From an uncultured Isosphaeraceae bacterium (GTDB lineage Bacteria > Planctomycetota > Phycisphaerae > Phycisphaerales > SM1A02): a stretch of 48,877 nt of DNA. Positions 9,552-19,300 of the stretch are shown here, piece after piece (position 1 is the stretch's first letter; each line of letters opens with the position of its first letter). The DNA is taken from assembly GCA_964602215.1 (NCBI GenBank), contig CAZRPZ010000045.1, positions 1 through 48,877 of the forward strand, given 5' to 3'. A model generated the notes under the pieces. That model was not told the origin of the DNA. It did not search any database and worked only from the letters and a program-made list of their open reading frames with translations. Both the position numbers and the translations under genes were made by a program.

Positions 9552-10733
9552 TTGCTAAGTGCAGCAGCAATTAGTGAGCATCTGGACACACGTACAGCAG
9601 CAATCGAGGTCGCAGCACTTTTAGAAAAGGCCATGGCAGGTCCGACAGACCTTGTGTTTGTATTCGCAAGTTTTCATCACCGAGAATCTTTTGAAGAAGC
9701 CGTCGCCGACATTAGGCAAACGTTAAACCCAAAAACTATTATTGGTGTAACAGCAGAATCGGTGGTTGGGTGCGATTTAGAACTTGAAGGCGTTGCAGGA
9801 TTATCTGCAATAGCAATGAGTTTGCCCAACGTCACGGTTACTCCTTGGACGACTACACCCAAGAAGCCAGTCCCAATATCCCGTCCAGACGAGATTCCAG
9901 AGTGGATTGGTTTACAAGAAGATACGAAAGCGGTCTTCTTATTTGCAGACCCATTTTCAACCCCTATTACCCGCTTGTTACCCGCTCTTGTAAATTGTCG
10001 AGGCGAAGATACCCCGACCCCCATCATCGGAGGAATGGCGTCTGGTGCATCTCAAGCAACCTACAACCGCCTAATACTCAACGATCAGGGGATAAGAAGT
10101 GGTGGAATTGGACTTACAATGTCAGGACATATTCAAGTGGACTGTATTCTGAGTCAAGGGTGTAGACCGATTGGCTCTCATTACAGAGTAACAAAAGTAG
10201 ACGGAAACGTTGTCCTTGAACTTGGGGGAAAGCCAGCACTAGAAGTCTTACACGGTCTTGCCAACGACGTGAATGAGTACGAACGCGAGTTGCTCGGCGG
10301 TGGCTTACTTCTGGGCAGTGTTATCGATGAGCAAAAAAGTCACTTCGGGCGTGGTGATTTTTTAGTGAGATCAATCTTGGGTGTGGATCGAAAGAGAAAA
10401 GGAATTGCTGCTGGAGAGTTTTTCCGGCTTGGAAAAACAGTTCAATTTCACGTTCGAGATGCTCAGACAGCGGTAGAAGATTTACAATTGTTGCTAGATG
10501 CGCAGCAACTTGATGTTGGTCCATTTGGCGGGCTTTTAGTCACGTGTAATGGTAGGGGAAGAAATTTGTTTCATGAAGAAGATCACGATCTTACAATCAT
10601 CCGAGAGCGACTAGGCGAAGTTCCAATTTCGGGCTTCTTTGCCGCAGGAGAAATTGGTCCGATTGGCGGAAGATCGTTTCTCCACGGACACACAGCTTGT
10701 TTAACACTTTTTAGAACGCCAACGAACGTATAG
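9552..10733 (+). CDS. FIST-domain sensor protein (FIST_N + FIST_C)
   Basis: TTG start 5 nt after lat. The C-terminal ISGFFAAGEIGPIGGRSFLHGHTACLTLF is the typical FIST_C ending. Confidence 0.8.
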   Translation: MLSAAAISEHLDTRTAAIEVAALLEKAMAGPTDLVFVFASFHHRESFEEAVADIRQTLNPKTIIGVTAESVVGCDLELEGVAGLSAIAMSLPNVTVTPWTTTPKKPVPISRPDEIPEWIGLQEDTKAVFLFADPFSTPITRLLPALVNCRGEDTPTPIIGGMASGASQATYNRLILNDQGIRSGGIGLTMSGHIQVDCILSQGCRPIGSHYRVTKVDGNVVLELGGKPALEVLHGLANDVNEYERELLGGGLLLGSVIDEQKSHFGRGDFLVRSILGVDRKRKGIAAGEFFRLGKTVQFHVRDAQTAVEDLQLLLDAQQLDVGPFGGLLVTCNGRGRNLFHEEDHDLTIIRERLGEVPISGFFAAGEIGPIGGRSFLHGHTACLTLFRTPTNV

Positions 10734-10734
10734 G

Positions 10735-11334
10735 TTATTGGATTGAATGCAATTTAAGATACTGACCTTCTCGGATAAATGAGACGGAACGGTATTCATA
10801 ATCACGAGCAACCCTTGGGACAAGGGAATGGATAATTTCACTTCCTCTCTCAGATACAACGACATCACCGCTGCTTATCCCTCCGTGGATTCTTAATAAT
10901 GTTTTTGCTATTTCACGTCGGTTCGCATTGAAATATGATTCAAACTTGGCGAACCCATTCTCTTGTTGCTCATAGAATTGTTGTGTTTTTGCGCTGATTA
11001 ACTGCTCGTACAGCACCTTCCAGTTTCGGTCACGTAAACAAGTGAGTGAATGTTTTAGGACATGTTCGGGGAGAATTGCTCGAAGTGTTAGCTCTCCGGT
11101 GATGATGTCTTTCTCTTCAAGAGTGATTGTTTCTAAATAATCTTGAACTGCAACACTTGTTGTATCGTTTGATGTACTGAACTTCATAATGGTGCCATCT
11201 TCTCGCCGATGTTCATTTGGAAGCCTGCCAGAGAGCGCTGTGTGCCAACTTGGTCGCTGTCGATATTCGACGGTTTGAGATTTACAGCCAACGCAGAGAA
11301 GTAGAAGGAGGAGGGCTGGTGAATTGAGGAACAT
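10735..11334 (-). CDS. Hypothetical lipoprotein
   Basis: The lipobox LLLCVGC follows a hydrophobic leader. The start codon overlaps the stop of the upstream TolB-like gene (TAATG). Confidence 0.6.
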   Translation of the reverse strand: MFLNSPALLLLLLCVGCKSQTVEYRQRPSWHTALSGRLPNEHRREDGTIMKFSTSNDTTSVAVQDYLETITLEEKDIITGELTLRAILPEHVLKHSLTCLRDRNWKVLYEQLISAKTQQFYEQQENGFAKFESYFNANRREIAKTLLRIHGGISSGDVVVSERGSEIIHSLVPRVARDYEYRSVSFIREGQYLKLHSIQ

Positions 11335-12446
11335 TAATGTTCCGCCACATTTGGTCCGGCTTCTAATTCAAAAATAAAAGGGGAAACCCATAATTGACTT
11401 GTTCCAGTTTGACGTTTACTCGTCCACATTAACCATTTTCCACTGGAGTCAAATACTGGAAGACCATCGAATGATTCTTCATGAGTAATCCGTCTTCGAC
11501 GAATTCCATATCGGGTAGTGCCATTCGTTTCGCCACTATCAGCATCGCAAACAAAAAGTTCATAGTTATGGTGGCCTATTTCACTTGTTGCATAAATGAG
11601 AAATCGGTTGTTCGGATGCCAAAACGGCCCCCAGTTGACGTGTTCATTGTCGGTAAGTTGATATTCTTTCCTAATCCCAACAATAGAACCGGTTTCGTCG
11701 AAAGCTAGTTCTGCGACATAGAGTTGGAGCAAATCATTGCCTCTTCGATCTGAACGGTAGACAATTCGTTTCCCATCTGGGGAAAAGAATGGACCGCCGT
11801 CGTATCCCTTGTCACCCACGATGAGTCGAGATATGCCCGTATGTAAATCGGTGATGTAAATGTCACCCGAGCCGGTTGCCAGAGAACAATAAAGAAGATG
11901 CCTGCCGTCTGGGCTCCATGATCCTTCAGCCAGATAATTTTCATGGTCAGTAACTAGTGGACTGAAAGAATTTTCCTCCAGATCAAACGAAGTGATATTC
12001 ATTGCAGGGGGAAACGCCCAGCGATACCGATTAGAACCACGTTGATACCCCGGAGTTTCTTCATTTATATGAGAAGTCATCGTTGTTGCAAACAAGACTA
12101 GATTTTCATCCGTTGGGTGAAACCATCCACATGTATTTGCAGAGTTGATTGGACTAATTTGCTGGATGTCTACCAGTCCAGTAATCGCACCATCTCTGTC
12201 AAATGTTAAGGCACCAATGTACATCCCGTATTCTTCGTCTGGTTCTTCCCCTTCGTCTGGATGTTCAATCGCTTGAAAAATGACACGTTTCGTAGCTGGG
12301 TCAAAATAGGATTCGCCGGCCTTTAGGAAGACAGAAGGATCGGTAAGCAAAATTGGTGTACCGATTGCTTCTTTTTCATTCGGATGAAGAGAGGGGGTAG
12401 ACTGAATGAATATTGAAAGAACGAGTGACGTACAATGTAAGATCAT
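11334..12446 (-). CDS. TolB-like periplasmic beta-propeller (PD40/WD40-like repeats)
   Basis: Repeated SPDGRHLLY / FSPDGKRIVYRSDRRG / IYATSE blades. Signal-like N-terminus. Confidence 0.8.
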   Translation of the reverse strand: MILHCTSLVLSIFIQSTPSLHPNEKEAIGTPILLTDPSVFLKAGESYFDPATKRVIFQAIEHPDEGEEPDEEYGMYIGALTFDRDGAITGLVDIQQISPINSANTCGWFHPTDENLVLFATTMTSHINEETPGYQRGSNRYRWAFPPAMNITSFDLEENSFSPLVTDHENYLAEGSWSPDGRHLLYCSLATGSGDIYITDLHTGISRLIVGDKGYDGGPFFSPDGKRIVYRSDRRGNDLLQLYVAELAFDETGSIVGIRKEYQLTDNEHVNWGPFWHPNNRFLIYATSEIGHHNYELFVCDADSGETNGTTRYGIRRRRITHEESFDGLPVFDSSGKWLMWTSKRQTGTSQLWVSPFIFELEAGPNVAEH

Positions 12447-13126
12447 CGGAGAATTCCTTGAGCAATCGAACTACGTATCATACCCCCCCTATCTATTTAC
12501 CGCATGGAATTCCTGTTCTTTACCATGACGATTACATTGTTGTTTTAGATAAACCAACGGGATTGCTTAGCGTAAAAGGAATTGGATTGGATAAAATTGA
12601 CTGTCTTGCGGTTCGGGTTGCTTCAGCCATTGAGGGTGCTTTGATTGTGCATCGTCTTGATATGGATACATCGGGAGCGATTGTAATGGCGAGGGATGCA
12701 GATACGCACCGTGAACTGAGCAGGCAGTTTCATGATCGGGAAGTAGAGAAGGTGTATGTTGCTGAAGTAGGGGGGCTTGTGAAAGACGATTATGGATGTA
12801 TTGATATACCTATCAGAAAAGATTTGGATCATCCTCCAACACAGTGTGTTGATTTCGAACAAGGCAAACCATCACAAACCCGTTGGAAGGTTCTTCAGAG
12901 AAAAGAAAATAGTACACGTCTCGAATTACGACCAATTACAGGACGCTCACACCAACTTAGAATTCACCTACGTGAGCTTGGCCATCCAATTCTTGGGGAC
13001 GATTTGTACGCGCCACCTGAATTACAGGCGATGTCTAACCGCCTCATGCTCCACGCCCAGTCATTGACATTTACTCACCCGAAATCTGGCGATCGCCGCA
13101 TGCTCACTTCTGCATGCCCCTTTTGA
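12413..13126 (+). CDS. RluA-family pseudouridine synthase
   Basis: HRLDMDTSGAIVMARD is the catalytic Asp motif, and ITGRSHQLRIHL is also present. The track start is a TTG that overlaps the divergent neighbour. A TTG at 12458 preceded by GGAGA is a likelier start. Confidence 0.85.
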   Translation: MKERVTYNVRSSENSLSNRTTYHTPPIYLPHGIPVLYHDDYIVVLDKPTGLLSVKGIGLDKIDCLAVRVASAIEGALIVHRLDMDTSGAIVMARDADTHRELSRQFHDREVEKVYVAEVGGLVKDDYGCIDIPIRKDLDHPPTQCVDFEQGKPSQTRWKVLQRKENSTRLELRPITGRSHQLRIHLRELGHPILGDDLYAPPELQAMSNRLMLHAQSLTFTHPKSGDRRMLTSACPF

Positions 13127-13134
13127 CCCCATCC

Positions 13135-13177
13135 GGCTCTGAGCCGAGGTGCGCTGAAACTCCAGCGCAAGAAAAAA
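13135..13177. repeat. 43-nt intergenic element, copy 1 (GGCTCTGAGCCGAGGTGCGCTGAAACTCCAGCGCAAGAAAAAA)
   Basis: Read directly. Contains the mini-palindrome GGCTC-T-GAGCC and the hairpin GCGCTG-N6-CAGCGC. Matches copy 2 at 42 of 43 positions. Confidence 0.8.
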
Positions 13178-13248
13178 CGCCATCGTTTCTGGGGTGATAA
13201 AACGCATTCTGCAGTTGTCTGGGAGTCGAAATCGCACCAGCGATTATT

Positions 13249-13291
13249 GGCTCTGAGCCGAGGTGCGCTGAAACTCTAGCGCAAGAAAAAA
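13249..13291. repeat. 43-nt intergenic element, copy 2
   Basis: Same sequence with one C/T difference. Its A-run serves as the T-tract of the clpC terminator on the minus strand. Confidence 0.8.
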
Positions 13292-13316
13292 GGCACGAAT
13301 CACTACGATTCGTGCC
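13283..13316 (-). terminator. Intrinsic terminator of clpC
   Basis: Perfect 10-bp stem GGCACGAATC / GATTCGTGCC with a 5-nt loop, 22 nt after the clpC stop. On the minus strand it is followed by TTTTTTCTT. Confidence 0.7.
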
Positions 13317-13337
13317 TGTACCCCGTCCGGGATTCAA

Positions 13338-15866
13338 TTAGTCACTGCTAGTACCACTTGGTTCTGGCTCAGGTTCACTGGTTTCTTCTTTTTTAGAAGC
13401 AGAAAAGAACAAGTGGTCGTCCTCTTCCTTTTGTGAGACCGAAAGGTGTTGACCTTCGCTGTAATCGCCACTGAGTAACGCTTCTGCAAGAGGGTCCTCG
13501 ATGTATGTCCCAAGTGCACGACGTAGGGGGCGAGCACCGAAGTCAGGATTGTAGCCCTTCTCGATGAGGAAATCTTTTGCGGCTTGGTCGAGTTCCATCG
13601 TAAGTCCCTTTGCCTCGAGCCGCTTCATTATCTTCGCGAGTTCAATATCAATGATTTCGTATAGGTCATCTTTTGTCAGAGGTTTGAAGACAATCACATC
13701 ATCAAGTCGGTTTATGAATTCTGGTCGGAAGAATTTTTCAGTTTCACTGAGTAACTGTTTCTTCAGAGTTTCATAATCCATCACCTCTTCACGTTTGCCG
13801 AAGCCAAAAGATTGACCACCCTTAATCAAATCAGATCCAATGTTCGATGTCAGAATAATAATTGTATTTCTGAAATCGACTTGCCTGCCAAATGAATCTG
13901 TTAGCCGTCCTTCCTCCATGATTTGTAACAACATATTGAACACGTCACCATGCGCTTTCTCGACTTCATCAAACAAAACCACTGCGTATGGTTTGCGACG
14001 AATTTTTTCAGTAAGTTGCCCACCTTCTTCGTAACCAACATATCCAGGAGGCGCACCAACCAATCGAGAGACTGTGTGCTTCTCCATGTATTCAGACATA
14101 TCAAGATATACAAGAGAATCAGCATCTCCAAACATGAACTCAGCAATAGCTTTTGCAAGTAATGTTTTTCCAACGCCAGTTGGTCCAAGGAAAAGGAATG
14201 AACCCATCGGACGGTTTGGATCTTTTAAACCGCTTCGTGACTTCCGAATCGCTTTCGCAATTTGTGTAATACCATCGTCTTGACTGATTACAGTTTGATG
14301 CAATTCTTCTTCAAGTTGTAACAATCTTTGTGATTCTGCTTCTTCTAGGCGAGTGAGAGGTACACCAGTCATACTTGAAACAACTTCGGCGATGATATTC
14401 TCATCGACAATGCTGGTAATCTCGTTCATTTGTTCACGCCATTCTTTTTGAAGCCCATCTTTTTTTGATCGAAGTTGTTCAGCTTCATCCCTAAGAGAGG
14501 CGGCCTGTTCATAATCAGCATTTTTTACTGCTTCGTCTTTTTTCACTTTAAGCAGTTCAAGTTGTTCTTCTATATCAGCCATAGAGGGCGGTTTTGTCAT
14601 TGATTTCAGACGCACACGAGCACCGGACTCGTCAATAACATCGATAGATTTATCTGGTTGTACTCGATCCGAGATGTAGCGATTAGAGAGTTCAACAGCT
14701 GCCAGAATAGCTTCGTCTGTAAACTTCACTCGGTGATGTTGCTCATATCGTTCCCGTAAACCTTTAAGAATTTCAATCGTATCTTCATTGTTCGGAGGAT
14801 TCACAGCGATAGATTGGAACCGTCGTTCAAGAGCATTGTCTTTTTCGATGTACTTACGATATTCATCAAACGTTGTCGCGCCGATACATTGAATTTCCCC
14901 GCGAGATAGCGCAGGTTTCAAAACATTCGATGCATCAATGGCACCTTCTGCACCACCCGCACCAACAAGGGTATGGAGTTCATCAATAAAAAGTAAGATA
15001 TTCTTTGCTCTGCGTACTTCGTTCATCACAGCTTTAATTCGTTCTTCAAACTGCCCACGGTACTTTGTGCCAGCAACCATCATTGCAAGGTCGAGCACGA
15101 CAACACGACGATCGTGCAGAAGATCAGGCACATCACTCGATATGATTCGCTGGGCGAGCCCTTCAATGATTGCAGTTTTCCCAACGCCTGCCTCACCTAG
15201 AAGAACAGGGTTGTTCTTAGTACGCCGACAAAGAATTTGAACAAGCCGTTCAATTTCTTTGTGCCGACCGATGACCGGGTCGAGTTCATCTTTCTTTGCG
15301 AGTTCAGTTAAATCTCTTCCAAAACTATCAAGAGCTGGGGTTTTGCTCTTGCCACGTCTTGGGGATGGGTTTGGACTGTCACCCTGTGGCTCCATGTCTT
15401 CTTCATCTATATCTTCAATTTGCCCAACACCCGCACCAAGCAGGTTCAAAACCTCTTCACGAACATCTTCAAGTTTCAGACCAAGGTTCATGAGCACTTG
15501 TGCTGCTACACCATCTTGCTCTCGAAGAAGCCCCAGAAGCAAGTGTTCAGTACCAACATAATTGTGGTTGAGTGAACGCGCTTCTTCAATTGCATATTCA
15601 ATCACTTTTTTCGCACGAGGTGTTTGTGGAAGTTTACCCATTGTGACCATATCAGGGCCACTCTTGACAAGTTTTTCGACTTCAAGCCGAACCTTGCGTA
15701 AGTCAATTTCTAAGTGTTTGAGTACGTTTGCACCAACACCCGAGCCCTCTTTCACGAGCCCAAGAAGGATGTGTTCGGTTCCGATGTATTCGTGGTTAAA
15801 TCGCTGGGCTTCTTGGTTTGCAAGAGCCATTACTTTTCTAGCACGATCTGTGAGTCGTTCAAACAT
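13338..15866 (-). CDS. clpC: ATP-dependent Clp protease ATP-binding subunit ClpC
   Basis: 842 aa. Double Clp_N repeat at the N-terminus. Two AAA+ modules ([16 protein letters not shown]). UVR-like linker ([14 protein letters not shown]). Confidence 0.95.
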   Translation of the reverse strand: MFERLTDRARKVMALANQEAQRFNHEYIGTEHILLGLVKEGSGVGANVLKHLEIDLRKVRLEVEKLVKSGPDMVTMGKLPQTPRAKKVIEYAIEEARSLNHNYVGTEHLLLGLLREQDGVAAQVLMNLGLKLEDVREEVLNLLGAGVGQIEDIDEEDMEPQGDSPNPSPRRGKSKTPALDSFGRDLTELAKKDELDPVIGRHKEIERLVQILCRRTKNNPVLLGEAGVGKTAIIEGLAQRIISSDVPDLLHDRRVVVLDLAMMVAGTKYRGQFEERIKAVMNEVRRAKNILLFIDELHTLVGAGGAEGAIDASNVLKPALSRGEIQCIGATTFDEYRKYIEKDNALERRFQSIAVNPPNNEDTIEILKGLRERYEQHHRVKFTDEAILAAVELSNRYISDRVQPDKSIDVIDESGARVRLKSMTKPPSMADIEEQLELLKVKKDEAVKNADYEQAASLRDEAEQLRSKKDGLQKEWREQMNEITSIVDENIIAEVVSSMTGVPLTRLEEAESQRLLQLEEELHQTVISQDDGITQIAKAIRKSRSGLKDPNRPMGSFLFLGPTGVGKTLLAKAIAEFMFGDADSLVYLDMSEYMEKHTVSRLVGAPPGYVGYEEGGQLTEKIRRKPYAVVLFDEVEKAHGDVFNMLLQIMEEGRLTDSFGRQVDFRNTIIILTSNIGSDLIKGGQSFGFGKREEVMDYETLKKQLLSETEKFFRPEFINRLDDVIVFKPLTKDDLYEIIDIELAKIMKRLEAKGLTMELDQAAKDFLIEKGYNPDFGARPLRRALGTYIEDPLAEALLSGDYSEGQHLSVSQKEEDDHLFFSASKKEETSEPEPEPSGTSSD

Positions 15867-16053
15867 ATTTCAATTCTCCACCCCCATGATACGCGGGAAA
15901 CGCTTCCAAGGTGCGCACAACGGTACGAACCCTATATTACAATCGGTGCAACTTGCGTTCCATTTTAAAAGTTCTAAAGATAATGAAAGAAAAAGGTCAA
16001 TTCCTGTAAAAAAAGGTGTCTGAACCTTTATCTTAGACCCACGAATTTGACGT

Positions 16054-16767
16054 CTATGCCAAAGTGGCGGGATATTCAATCTGACCGTGCCTAAGGTGCA
16101 CGACCAAATCTCCTCGAGTTGCAATATCCATATTGTGGGTGACAAGTACAATCGCTAGTCCATCCTGATGAAGTTGACTGAGGGTATCAAGAATTTCGTT
16201 ACCAGTCTCTTCATCAAGATTACCCGTGGGCTCATCCGCTAGTAATACGCTTGGGTCATTCATTAACGCTCTGGCAATTGCAACACGCTGACGTTCACCC
16301 CCTGAAAGTTCACGAGGGCGATGGTGAAGTCGATGCCCGAGCCCAAATTGCTCGAGAAGCGCGGTTGCTCTTTTTTTGGCAGACGAAGAAGATTGTAATA
16401 AACGCCCAATCATCGAAGGAAGTGTCGTGTTTTCGATCACCGTAAGTTCAGGAAGAAGGTGATAAAACTGAAACACGAAACCCACCTCTAGATTTCGATA
16501 TTGATTAATAAATCGGTTTGTTTGAGTCCAAACCGAGTTCCCCCTAAAGAGAACATCCCCACCATCCTTATCAGGTCTATCAAGTCCACCCAACAAGTGC
16601 AACATCGTTGACTTTCCCGAACCACTTGAGCCAAGAATAGTCACCCATTCTCCCTGTGCAACTGTAAGCGAGGCGTCAAGTAAAACGGGCACACTTGCCT
16701 GACCAAGTTGGTATGTTTTCTGTAAGTGACGACCTTCAAGTATTGGCACGTTCGGGTGATTATTCAT
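16054..16767 (-). CDS. ABC transporter ATP-binding protein, LolD/MacB-type
   Basis: GSSGSGKST, LSGGERQRVAIARAL, LLADEPTGNLD. Overlaps the upstream FtsX-type permease gene. Confidence 0.85.
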   Translation of the reverse strand: MNNHPNVPILEGRHLQKTYQLGQASVPVLLDASLTVAQGEWVTILGSSGSGKSTMLHLLGGLDRPDKDGGDVLFRGNSVWTQTNRFINQYRNLEVGFVFQFYHLLPELTVIENTTLPSMIGRLLQSSSSAKKRATALLEQFGLGHRLHHRPRELSGGERQRVAIARALMNDPSVLLADEPTGNLDEETGNEILDTLSQLHQDGLAIVLVTHNMDIATRGDLVVHLRHGQIEYPATLA

Positions 16768-18565
16768 GACGAAGTGCCCTCACTGGATCAGTATCAGCAG
16801 CTTTTGCAGCAGGAATTACAGCACCGAGTAAACAAAAGAGAACTGCGCCACAAACCGTGACGATGCTAGATGGCCAATCTAATTCATTTGGAATGACAGA
16901 GAAGTAATACACCGAGGCATCCCAAATAACCAGCCCACCAATGTGCCGAATGAATAGAACTAATACACCTACACCACAAAAAGTAACGAATCCAAGGGAG
17001 CCCAATACAATAGGCAACATGTTTCCGGTTCTAATTTTTGAAAAAGTGAATACTGCAACGCAAGCAGAAATGACGAATGCACCAACTGCTATGCCTAATG
17101 GAGGATTTCCCATCGACTCGTGAATTGCATTGATATTTTTTGTAATGAACCAACCGAGGAAAAGACCTAGCGCCGAACCGATTACACCAATAATTAAACT
17201 GTATTGCAAGAAAATCCAAACAATGCTACTTCGTGAAGCACCGATGCTTCGGAGGATGCCAATATCTCTTGTTTTTTCATACACGATGGACCAAAATATT
17301 GAAAGAATCAACGCTGCAACCACAAGATACACAATCGAAAACAACGTTCGCATCAGTTCTCTTTCTTTTTCAACAGGTCCAGTGAACCGTCGCTGTTGTT
17401 CTTCCCAAGTATGAATCGTTAAACCGGGATCACTTCTTGCTGGGGGCAACACAACTTCATCACTTGACAATTGAGCAAGAAATTCATCGTACATGCTGAT
17501 AATTTTTTCTTGAAGTGCTTCTGCAGTGATGTCATTTGTTCCACGAACAAGCACACTTGTAACTCTTGCAGGATCAACTCCAATGACAGTTGTTGGATCG
17601 TCAACATCAATTATTTCAGCTCGATCAAGGTGAAGTAATTCTTGTGCGACTCCAATTGGGACAAAAACTCTTGATTCATCAATCATAAAAACCCCAGATT
17701 GAAACTCATTGACAAAAGGAAGAATGCGCGATTCTGGTTCGATGATTCCACCCTGCGAATCAACAGGGAGCATCGTGAGCGTGGCTTCGAATCGAGGCAG
17801 CCACCAATAGTCATTTCTGATTACTTGATACGTGCCATCCTTTTGCCGTTCGTTTCCCTCCGAAACATGGAGACCAGAAACAATTCCATCTTTACCGTTT
17901 TGAGAGAGAGCAAGCCCTTGCTGGAGCAGTGCCCCAGAATCAGTGAGTCGTTCGTCAACTTGCAGTAGTGCTTCCCATTGATCTTCATTTAAATACTCCT
18001 TTACATCTGACCAGAATGAAACAGGGTGTATGTTCATGGAGTGTGAAGCATTGTTGACAAGAACTACAAATGAGTTCCACCGTTCGTCATCCATACTCTC
18101 CTGTAGTAAACTTTGGTTTGCAGTAATTGCATCAAAGAGCAGCCAATCGCGTTGGTTCTCTGTTGGGGTTTTCCATTGTAAAGACTCATCAAAAGAGGTT
18201 ACTTTCGCAAACGAACTTGGCTCGATTCCCCAAACCTGCACAGTCTCACTTTGTTTTGCTTTGGAATCAGGATAAGGCATTTGTAACAACCCCCAGCCAT
18301 CAACCACTGGGGTGGCAGCAAGTACATCTTCATCTTGATTGAGATGTTGTACGAGTTTTTCGTAATGTGGGATGCCAGAAATGCCATACGTGATGATGAC
18401 ATCACCCATCAACGTTTTTCCTGATGATTGCACCATGTTTAAAAAACCAGACATCACTGATACAACAACGATGACAAGTGCAACGCAAAGTGCAACTGCT
18501 GCGACTGCAATAAACGGGATGACCCTGCTTGTTAAATATCTTGTTGTGAGAAGTGTTTGGTACAT
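16760..18565 (-). CDS. FtsX/LolCE-family ABC transporter permease with an enlarged periplasmic domain
   Basis: TM1 is followed by a soluble domain of about 370 aa, then three TM helices in a C-terminal FtsX-type module (TRDIGILRSIGASRSSI). 601 aa, versus roughly 415 for typical LolC/E. Confidence 0.85.
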   Translation of the reverse strand: MYQTLLTTRYLTSRVIPFIAVAAVALCVALVIVVVSVMSGFLNMVQSSGKTLMGDVIITYGISGIPHYEKLVQHLNQDEDVLAATPVVDGWGLLQMPYPDSKAKQSETVQVWGIEPSSFAKVTSFDESLQWKTPTENQRDWLLFDAITANQSLLQESMDDERWNSFVVLVNNASHSMNIHPVSFWSDVKEYLNEDQWEALLQVDERLTDSGALLQQGLALSQNGKDGIVSGLHVSEGNERQKDGTYQVIRNDYWWLPRFEATLTMLPVDSQGGIIEPESRILPFVNEFQSGVFMIDESRVFVPIGVAQELLHLDRAEIIDVDDPTTVIGVDPARVTSVLVRGTNDITAEALQEKIISMYDEFLAQLSSDEVVLPPARSDPGLTIHTWEEQQRRFTGPVEKERELMRTLFSIVYLVVAALILSIFWSIVYEKTRDIGILRSIGASRSSIVWIFLQYSLIIGVIGSALGLFLGWFITKNINAIHESMGNPPLGIAVGAFVISACVAVFTFSKIRTGNMLPIVLGSLGFVTFCGVGVLVLFIRHIGGLVIWDASVYYFSVIPNELDWPSSIVTVCGAVLFCLLGAVIPAAKAADTDPVRALRHE

Positions 18566-18580
18566 AGATTGAGCATCGTA

Positions 18581-19264
18581 CTATCTTGATGGGTTTCTAG
18601 AATGTTCTGCTATATTTTGTGGGCATCCAATATCTGCGACGAAAACCTCTCCAATAAATTGCTTTGCCGATTGATTTTGGAATCCTAATTTCTTCCCAAA
18701 GAAAGTGATTGTCAAGTTTGCCTGAATACAACAACCAAGCGGCTTTCCACTGTCGCAATCCAATCCAGATGGGATATCGAGTGAAATACAATGGATATTG
18801 GACGTATTGCAGCACTTAATCGCGCTTGCATATTCTCCCTGCACTGTTCGATCAAGCCCAATTCCAAAAATAGCGTCAATACAGAGAGAAGCTTTTGAAT
18901 ATTGCTCCTCATCCCACTCAGAGACTTGAATTTTCATTGCTGCACAAATTGATGCATTTGTCTTTGCTTCTTTTGAGTTCGGTTCTCCAAACCGAAGAAT
19001 TCGCACGTGACAACCAGCATTAAAAAGATGGCGAGCAACAGCATACCCATCACCCCCATTGTTTCCTCTTCCACAGAGGATTACGGTGTCAGTCCAATTT
19101 TCGTTTGTCGTGTGATCCAGAATAATCGCCGAAGCATTCTTAGCGGCATTTTCCATCAGCACAATACTTGGGATTCCAAACTGCTCAACGGCATCCTGGT
19201 CAATTTTTTCCAATTCCGTTCGAGAATAATATAGTTCGTCACAATTGTTTCCGATGGCATTCAT
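18581..19264 (-). CDS. nnrE: NAD(P)H-hydrate epimerase (YjeF N-terminal domain only)
   Basis: ILCGRGNNGGDGYAVARHL motif. 227 aa, with no fused dehydratase domain. Confidence 0.85.
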   Translation of the reverse strand: MNAIGNNCDELYYSRTELEKIDQDAVEQFGIPSIVLMENAAKNASAIILDHTTNENWTDTVILCGRGNNGGDGYAVARHLFNAGCHVRILRFGEPNSKEAKTNASICAAMKIQVSEWDEEQYSKASLCIDAIFGIGLDRTVQGEYASAIKCCNTSNIHCISLDIPSGLDCDSGKPLGCCIQANLTITFFGKKLGFQNQSAKQFIGEVFVADIGCPQNIAEHSRNPSR

Positions 19265-19300
19265 CCTTGTACGGATGATAACGAGGTAACATACAACGAG

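Noticed and set aside
13104-13337. 77-aa minus-strand ORF with an internally repeated peptide (FSCA[RG]VSAHLGSEP twice)
   Set aside because: The repetition is a by-product of translating the duplicated 43-nt DNA element. The ORF also spans the clpC terminator hairpin and lies in a convergent spacer, so it is most likely non-coding.
15867-16053. CtsR-like operator (GGTCAAT) upstream of clpC
   Set aside because: Only one heptad-like element is present, whereas the CtsR box is a direct repeat of two. CtsR is a Firmicute regulator and is not expected in this apparent lineage.
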